64,000 nt of DNA, from positions 1-64,000 of the forward strand of contig CAZWVL010000007.1 of the NCBI GenBank assembly GCA_964637115.1. The letters are read 5' to 3'. This DNA is from an uncultured Methanosarcinales archaeon. Lineage in GTDB: Archaea; Nanobdellota; Nanobdellia; Woesearchaeales; ARS49. Positions 58,388 to 64,000 of the stretch are shown piece after piece (the stretch's first letter is position 1; every line of letters begins with the position of its first letter). The notes below the pieces were generated by a model, which saw only the letters and a list, made by a program, of their open reading frames with translations, had not been told where the DNA came from and did not search any database. The position numbers and the translations under genes were made by a program.

Positions 58388-58774
58388 GTGAAGAGTTTTG
58401 CGATTAAGTTTGGCAATATTTATAAAGAAAATCATTTTTATGAGTTTTCAATGGGACGTCTCGTAAAAACTCAGGATTGGGAGAGCCGAGCGATTGTAAG
58501 TTTTTTGGGCGGATACAGCATAACACAACAAGCTTTTAAGGCAGACTTTGAAACAAAGCGAGGAAAATTTTACGTGCTTATTTGGGCAGATCTAGACCGA
58601 CATGAAATGGTTATTAATGATCGTTATAATATAGAAGCGTTGCAAAAGGCGTGCAGTCAAAATGCGTTTGTACTGATTTCTGAATTGTTCCCGAAGGGAA
58701 GCAAAATAATAACTTCGTATAATGAGATTAATGATGTTTTGGCAAAAATTGCAGATATCATAAAAGAAGAATGA
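58388..58774 (+). CDS. Hypothetical protein (AT-rich, cassette cargo)
   Basis: 128 aa, GTG start; lies between the two tRNA-Asp end copies. Confidence 0.6.
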   Translation: MKSFAIKFGNIYKENHFYEFSMGRLVKTQDWESRAIVSFLGGYSITQQAFKADFETKRGKFYVLIWADLDRHEMVINDRYNIEALQKACSQNAFVLISELFPKGSKIITSYNEINDVLAKIADIIKEE

Positions 58775-59025
58775 TTGCTCATACAACCTTTAGGAACAAT
58801 TCCGGATTGCTTGCCAGGCTTATCATGGATATGCGATATTAACCTAATAACCTCTAGTTTGTTGAGGGGTGTTCTACAGGTCCAATTTTTACTGTTCTTA
58901 CCAAGCTTAGTTTTTTCTTAAAAATTTGCGCGAACCGGTACAAATCCTGAAAAGAATTTTACTTTCATTTTATTTATAAATGAAAGTTGTTGCCGGTTCA
59001 AATCCTGTTTTGCAAGGATAGATTT

Positions 59026-59139
59026 ATGAATTTCGCTCACAACTTGCTTTCCGAAATTGCCAGAATGGTGCTGAGAGGCGCTATTCCGGCAAAAACAATG
59101 CAAGAAAGTGATTTGGCTAAAATTTTGAGAAAAAAATGA
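59026..59139 (+). CDS. Possible 37-aa microprotein
   Basis: MNFAHNLLSEIARMVLRGAIPAKTMQESDLAKILRKK; AGGA upstream. Confidence 0.3.
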   Translation: MNFAHNLLSEIARMVLRGAIPAKTMQESDLAKILRKK

Positions 59140-59157
59140 CAAGAAAAACAAGCTCAG

Positions 59158-59228
59158 AAAAGACTTTTTTCTTACCTGAACGGCCGGCAAACAGCTCCTT
59201 TTCGATTGCCAGTCTAAATCCTGAAAAA
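59158..59228. repeat. Repeat R copy 1, immediately 3' of tRNA-Asp
   Basis: Homologous to 57568-57636. Confidence 0.8.
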
Positions 59229-59301
59229 CGCCGGGGCCGGGATTTGAACCCGGGTTGCAAGCGCGACAGGCTCGCGTGCTAGACCACTGCACTACCCCGG
59301 C
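59229..59301 (-). tRNA. tRNA-Asp(GUC), intronless, no encoded CCA
   Basis: GCCGGGG/CCCCGGC acceptor, G73, CGAGC-CTGTCGC-GCTTG anticodon arm, CCGGG-TTCAAAT-CCCGG T-arm. Confidence 0.95.
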
Positions 59302-59327
59302 AGCAGTTTTGAGAGGGAAACACGTGG

Positions 59328-59335
59328 TTTATAAA
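59328..59335 (-). promoter_or_regulatory. TATA box of tRNA-Asp
   Basis: AACA-TTTATAAA on the minus strand, 26 nt upstream of G1. Confidence 0.65.
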
Positions 59336-59371
59336 TGTTATGCGAGAATAATATACTGAAGAAAAGAGAAA

Positions 59372-59830
59372 TTACTCTGCGAACTCGTCTTCCAGATAAG
59401 CGAATCTGCAGGACGGGTCTGGCTCGACATCATCGGCAGGAACACGCACGGGCTGTTTGCTGGTTAGTCTCTTCCTCTCCACTGACTGCGGGTCATTCAA
59501 ATAATTAACAATTCTTCTCATAGCGGTTTCTGAACCGCCCTCCACAGAAACCTGGTCTCCATTGCCTAACATGACCTTCGCGTGGTAGCCATACCTGCCG
59601 CCATAATTTATCGTCAATGTGGCCTCTGCAAGCGTACCAACATTCGTTGCTTTCACGCTCAACACGCTGCCCTTAGTAGATTCTTCAACAATGCAGCCTA
59701 AATCATCTGACTTTTCCATAATGCCCAAAAATGCAGCAATGCTTCCGCACGAAACGTTATTTTTCGGCTTTAACAAGCGCCCTTCTTTTGAGAAATCGTA
59801 CGTTACAGTATCCAACCCAGTTATGCTCAT
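59372..59830 (-). CDS. Hypothetical protein
   Basis: 152 aa from MSITGL; AGGTGA SD. Confidence 0.7.
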   Translation of the reverse strand: MSITGLDTVTYDFSKEGRLLKPKNNVSCGSIAAFLGIMEKSDDLGCIVEESTKGSVLSVKATNVGTLAEATLTINYGGRYGYHAKVMLGNGDQVSVEGGSETAMRRIVNYLNDPQSVERKRLTSKQPVRVPADDVEPDPSCRFAYLEDEFAE

Positions 59831-59889
59831 CTTCACTCACCTAATACCGTCGATAAAAAGTTATTATTTAAAAGCTTTATGACAGGAAA

Positions 59890-60723
59890 TTATATGGTTT
59901 TTAAAACAACTTTTGTAGACAACATACCGCACGCGGCATTCTTGTCAATGCCTTTTGTTGTTCTAATTATAGTCTTGTAGCCAGCATCAATTAACGTCTG
60001 TTTGAATGCCTTTGCAGACTCTTCTGACGGTCTTGTAAATGAAATTCCTGTGACAGGATTGTATTGAATTAAATTAATAACTGTGTGTTTGAACGGCCTC
60101 AAAAGTTCTGCCAATTCTTTCGCATGCTCGATTTTATCATTAACACCTGCTAGCAAGACATACTCTATCATTAGCGGACCGTGTTTTGAGAATGGGAAGT
60201 CCTTGCAGGCATCAAGCACTTCTTTAATCGAGTATTTTGCATTTAATGGCACTATTTTGCTTCTTAGTTCGTCATTGGGAGCGTGCAGTGATAATGCCAG
60301 CTGGCACTGAGTATCTTTTCCCAATTGTCTGATTTTGTCCGGAATCCCGACGGTGGAAACAGTAATCTTTTGCCAGCTATAAGACTGTTTTCTGAACTCA
60401 TTGACTGCCTTCACAACATTATCATAATTGTGCAACGGCTCGCCCATGCCCATAAAGACAATATTTGTAATCTTTTGCTCTGAGACGGACTGCATTAATG
60501 ATAATTGGCCGACAATTTCTTCTGCTGACAAATGCTTCGAAAAACCCATTAATCCTGTTGCGCAGAAAGAACATTTCATTGCGCAGCCCACTTGAGAAGA
60601 AATGCAAGCACACAAAGTCCTTTTATGAGAAATAAGAACACTTTCAACCTTTTTGCCGTCGGCTAATTCAATCAGGAATTTGCGGGTGCCGTCTGCGGAT
60701 TTGACTTCGGAAGCGATATGCAT
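59890..60723 (-). CDS. RlmN/Cfr-family radical-SAM RNA methyltransferase (N-terminally short)
   Basis: CISSQVGCAMKCSFC, MGMGEP, STVG, SLHA, EYVLLAGVND, AACGML. Confidence 0.9.
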   Translation of the reverse strand: MHIASEVKSADGTRKFLIELADGKKVESVLISHKRTLCACISSQVGCAMKCSFCATGLMGFSKHLSAEEIVGQLSLMQSVSEQKITNIVFMGMGEPLHNYDNVVKAVNEFRKQSYSWQKITVSTVGIPDKIRQLGKDTQCQLALSLHAPNDELRSKIVPLNAKYSIKEVLDACKDFPFSKHGPLMIEYVLLAGVNDKIEHAKELAELLRPFKHTVINLIQYNPVTGISFTRPSEESAKAFKQTLIDAGYKTIIRTTKGIDKNAACGMLSTKVVLKTI

Positions 60724-60755
60724 ATGATAAATTCGAGAACAAGACTATAAATTAC

Positions 60756-61559
60756 TTACTTCTTTTGCTTAACCAGATAAGTCAATTGTCCTCCAGAAGA
60801 ACTTTCAAACTGCTCATACGTACCACAGCCGGTAGAAGTTTCATTTTGACCTGAACGGTATATGCGTTCAGCATCCACAAAATTAGCAAGAGGCCGCAAC
60901 ACGCCATCGTCGTGTTTCTGAACAGGCAGTTTGCCACTGATCAACAAATCATTCATAACTTGGCAATAGCCCCAGGAGAATTTGAGATTTTTAGCATTAA
61001 TTTCTTTCAGCGACACTGCAACAATCTTACTTCCCCACTTCAAATTATCAGTAGTTAATTTTCCGTCAAATTCCACTATCAAATCCACAAGACTGCCAAA
61101 CTCACCCTCAGATAACTGCTTTGTGAAAATAGTTGACCCATACTTCAACGGATCTCTTGTAATCGGCGGATGAACAGTCATAAGATAATCAGCCGCGTGC
61201 TTCATGCCATCTAGAAAAACAGGAACAACTTGCTTTATTCTTGCAATACTGCCTGAATCATATTTTTTAACAACATCGGGTTCGCTCGCTATAAACTTCT
61301 CACCAAGCAAATCATTCAATGACTCAGGAGCTTCGTATGCCTTCCAGAATTCCTCAGAAATCTCGCGCCTTGCAGTATCCTCGGGAGAAAAATCATCATG
61401 AACGCCTTTTTCGCGATTGCCGCCTGCAAAATTTAGTCCGTTATCAAAGAAGGGAGCCTTATATTTAGCGTCCTTTTGCTCTAAAATAAAAGTAAGCCCA
61501 TCCTTTGGATGGACAAAAAATGGTAATACCCCCGCACTATGATGATTCACTGTATGCAT
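60756..61559 (-). CDS. Hypothetical protein with a divergent NUDIX-like N-terminus
   Basis: SAGVLPF...FAGGNREKGVHDDFSPEDTARREISEE. Confidence 0.6.
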   Translation of the reverse strand: MHTVNHHSAGVLPFFVHPKDGLTFILEQKDAKYKAPFFDNGLNFAGGNREKGVHDDFSPEDTARREISEEFWKAYEAPESLNDLLGEKFIASEPDVVKKYDSGSIARIKQVVPVFLDGMKHAADYLMTVHPPITRDPLKYGSTIFTKQLSEGEFGSLVDLIVEFDGKLTTDNLKWGSKIVAVSLKEINAKNLKFSWGYCQVMNDLLISGKLPVQKHDDGVLRPLANFVDAERIYRSGQNETSTGCGTYEQFESSSGGQLTYLVKQKK

Positions 61560-61596
61560 ACGCTTCTCGTCGAGGAATTAGTATAAAAATATTTCG

Positions 61597-63009
61597 CTAC
61601 TTAAGTTCGCCAAATGCTATAGCATAAGTCGCTGCATAGGGACCAAGCACAATTGCCTGATTGGAAACAGCGTGCAGTGTTTTTTGCGCCATTTTCTCGT
61701 ACTTGGGCTCTTTGGAGATTTCTGCAAGCATTTTCAACACTAAAGCTGCAAATGCGTTATCCTCAACATTCTTCCTGCGCTCTTTCAGTTTTCCAACAGC
61801 ATCTTTCGATGCAAGAACGTCATAAAATCCGCCGTTTTTCCTGTCATAGAACTTCTCCATTGCCTTTGCAACAATAAGCGCTTTTGTTTTCCATTCCAAT
61901 CTATTTGTAACTTTAAACGCACGCACCAATGCAGCGAGCAAACACATATTATCCTTAAACAAGAACAACGGCTTTTCCGACGGATAACTGTGCGCCACAC
62001 CACCACGCAAGTTCATCTTGTACAATGACTCGAGCAATTTCAGCCCAATATCGTTATATTTTTTATCCAATGTTCCTGCTTCGAACAATGCCATAGCCAT
62101 TGCGACATTTGCATACGTGTAAATGGTTTTGTCAATAAACGGCTGTTCGTGGCGCATACGCTCAGTCAATGGCAGCTTACAATACTGCTCATCAGCATCC
62201 TGACTACCATAAAACACGCCCTTATCGTGGTCGTACATCACAGTGAAAAGCCAGAAAATCGTCTTATTGACCGCAGTCAGGTATTCCTTCCTGTCAAAAA
62301 ACCTGCACGCATAGAAATAACAAGACAATATTCTAGCATTATCCTCCAGCATCTTCTCAAAATGAGGAATAGTCCAATTCTGCCCGGTTGCGTATCTGTA
62401 GAAACCGCCGCCAACGTGGTCAAATATTTCACCATCAAGCATTTTCTTGAAAGTAAAATCAAGCATCTTTTTCGCTTCGGTATCCTTATGCTTCATCACG
62501 CGCCAAATTAAATATTCAAGAATTTCAGGATGAGGAAACTTCGGCTCAAGACCAAAACCGCCATTGACTGGATCGTAATATGACTTTACAATAGTATAGA
62601 ACTGCTGTTCATCAAATTCAACAGGCATTTCCTTCACTATTTTCTTCTTTGAAGGCTTGTACTTCTTCGAACGACTGATAGCATCTTCCAGAAAATGAAC
62701 CATATGCTCAGGAGGAACGTAAGTAGCCGCAGAAACAATTTCACCGTCAGCTGCAAGAATAGCAGTTGTCGGCCAGCCGCCGACGTTATAACGGTCGTTA
62801 ATGTCAGGACGCAAATCCGTGTCAACGCGAATTGGAATAAAGTTTTTGCTTATGAATTCGATAATTTCCTTATTGGAATAAGTTAACCTGTCCATAGTGT
62901 GACACCAATGGCACCAGCGAGCAGAAATCCCAAGCAAAACGGGCTTTTTCTCCTTCTTTGCTCTCAAAAAAGCAGCCTTGCTCCATTCCTGCCAGTTCAA
63001 TCCTTCCAT
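61597..63009 (-). CDS. Thioredoxin-domain protein, YyaL/SSP411 (DUF255) family
   Basis: WCHWCH, RPDI, GGWP, KFPHP, GGGFYRY, PHFEKML, QDAD. Confidence 0.9.
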   Translation of the reverse strand: MEGLNWQEWSKAAFLRAKKEKKPVLLGISARWCHWCHTMDRLTYSNKEIIEFISKNFIPIRVDTDLRPDINDRYNVGGWPTTAILAADGEIVSAATYVPPEHMVHFLEDAISRSKKYKPSKKKIVKEMPVEFDEQQFYTIVKSYYDPVNGGFGLEPKFPHPEILEYLIWRVMKHKDTEAKKMLDFTFKKMLDGEIFDHVGGGFYRYATGQNWTIPHFEKMLEDNARILSCYFYACRFFDRKEYLTAVNKTIFWLFTVMYDHDKGVFYGSQDADEQYCKLPLTERMRHEQPFIDKTIYTYANVAMAMALFEAGTLDKKYNDIGLKLLESLYKMNLRGGVAHSYPSEKPLFLFKDNMCLLAALVRAFKVTNRLEWKTKALIVAKAMEKFYDRKNGGFYDVLASKDAVGKLKERRKNVEDNAFAALVLKMLAEISKEPKYEKMAQKTLHAVSNQAIVLGPYAATYAIAFGELK

Positions 63010-63998
63010 AAGAACTTGTCCAACTTGCTTCTTGCCTTTTCGCGCTCTTTTTGATGCTGCGCGAGGAACTTAGCTATTTTATCAATCGCAATCTCTTTCA
63101 ACTCAGAAGTCAACAACTTTCCAGACTTATAATCATCATAAATCTTTGCCAGCTTCTTGTCATCAGGCTCAAGACCATAACGCAGCATCTGGAAAGCAAC
63201 ATCAACATCAGGATTGCCGCCAAGCTTTCTGTGCTCCTCAACAGTCTCCCTGCCTCCTGAAAACGCATACTTCTTGATTTTCCTTGCAGTCTCTTCAGGC
63301 GAATCAGTCAAAGCAATAAATGACATTGGGTCGGAAGACGACATCTTGCCGCCTTTCAAGCCAGGCTGGAACAAATGATAAGTTGAGCTCAATTGTATGA
63401 ATTTGAAAGTTTTCTGGCGCGCAGCAATATCACGAGCCAGACGCAAATGAGGATCCTGGTCAACTCCCACAGGAACAACGGTAGGAATGGGACCTTCAAA
63501 CTCGGGCAGCTGCGGATGCAGCATATCAGACGCCTGCAATAATGAAGAAGCCATCTTAGCAGGAGAAATCTCGCCATAAACCGCCTTGAATTCATTAAAA
63601 GTAGCGTTGCGCGCAAGCATTTCTGCCAAAGAGTAATATGCACAAGATTTCTTCCCATCTTTAGAACGCTTTGACTGGAAGTAAAAATCACAATTCTTCG
63701 GCTCAAGACCAAGCGCAACATAGTTCAGCAAATATTCCTCAACAGCAGTTTTGTGCAGCTCAGCCATGTCAGGAGTGCGCGTGTTGAAAGCTTCAATGTC
63801 AGCAACAGCAACATATAATTTAGCGCCAAGCTGCTGATAGAAAATCATCTGGTCAGCAACCATCTTATGTCCAAAGTGGAACTTGCCAGAAGGCATCAAG
63901 CCAGTCATCATCACAAACGGCTGCTTTTTCTGCACAGCTTCCACAATTCTTCCAAAATCGCGCTGGGCGAAAATGATATTTCTTCTAAACAGAACATT
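62997..63998 (-). CDS. trpS: Tryptophanyl-tRNA synthetase (5'-truncated by window edge)
   Basis: TGLMPSGKFHFGH, PVGVDQDPH, KMSSS, KKYAFSGGR; frame stays open to the window end. Confidence 0.93.
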   Translation of the reverse strand, partial: NVLFRRNIIFAQRDFGRIVEAVQKKQPFVMMTGLMPSGKFHFGHKMVADQMIFYQQLGAKLYVAVADIEAFNTRTPDMAELHKTAVEEYLLNYVALGLEPKNCDFYFQSKRSKDGKKSCAYYSLAEMLARNATFNEFKAVYGEISPAKMASSLLQASDMLHPQLPEFEGPIPTVVPVGVDQDPHLRLARDIAARQKTFKFIQLSSTYHLFQPGLKGGKMSSSDPMSFIALTDSPEETARKIKKYAFSGGRETVEEHRKLGGNPDVDVAFQMLRYGLEPDDKKLAKIYDDYKSGKLLTSELKEIAIDKIAKFLAQHQKEREKARSKLDKFLWKD

Positions 63999-64000
63999 GT

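Noticed and set aside
58771-58842. 23-aa ORF faintly resembling a Fic motif (HTTFRNNSGLLARLIM)
   Set aside because: The core GNGR is absent and the ORF is too short to support a pseudogene call.
59229-60723. RlmN-like enzyme modifying the neighbouring tRNA-Asp at position 37
   Set aside because: This tRNA-Asp has G37 (loop CUGUCGC), whereas RlmN methylates A37.
1-64000. CRISPR array, integrase, transposase or intein
   Set aside because: No regularly spaced repeats and no recognisable tyrosine recombinase, DDE or HUH motifs were seen. NrdJ and the RNA polymerase subunits are uninterrupted.

Overview
Archaeal genomic window, most likely a DPANN (Woesearchaeota-like) organism. The assignment rests on split rpoB''/rpoB' and rpoA'/rpoA'', eIF2-gamma, L21e-Rpo4-DUF655, archaeal SepF, ZPR1, archaeal-type TrpRS and TATA/GGTGA signals. 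Core content: the rpoH-B''-B'-A'-A''-L30e-nusA-S12-S7 operon, a class II ribonucleotide reductase, a Rad50-like ATPase, tRNA/rRNA radical-SAM enzymes, endonuclease V, an S-layer-like protein, a Ser/Thr kinase and a GGDEF-domain protein. There are two tRNAs, both on the minus strand: tRNA-Asp(GUC), and tRNA-Lys(UUU) with two BHB introns (37/38 and T-loop 59/60). The ~13.5 kb between them is accessory and largely AT-rich, with a bacterial-type Wzx/Wzy polysaccharide locus, three paralogous Cys-rich secreted proteins, PAP2 and NUDIX genes. It is punctuated by copies of the tRNA-Asp 3' end and a conserved ~65-80 nt flanking repeat, which suggests a tandem array of tRNA-anchored cassettes. One tRNA-end copy is expanded into a four-way-junction palindrome with no unpaired junction bases. 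A similar hairpin-rich 128-nt insert with 28-nt direct repeats sits inside the RNA polymerase operon. No integrase, transposase or CRISPR array was seen. All alignments and counts were done by eye; no database searches were run.
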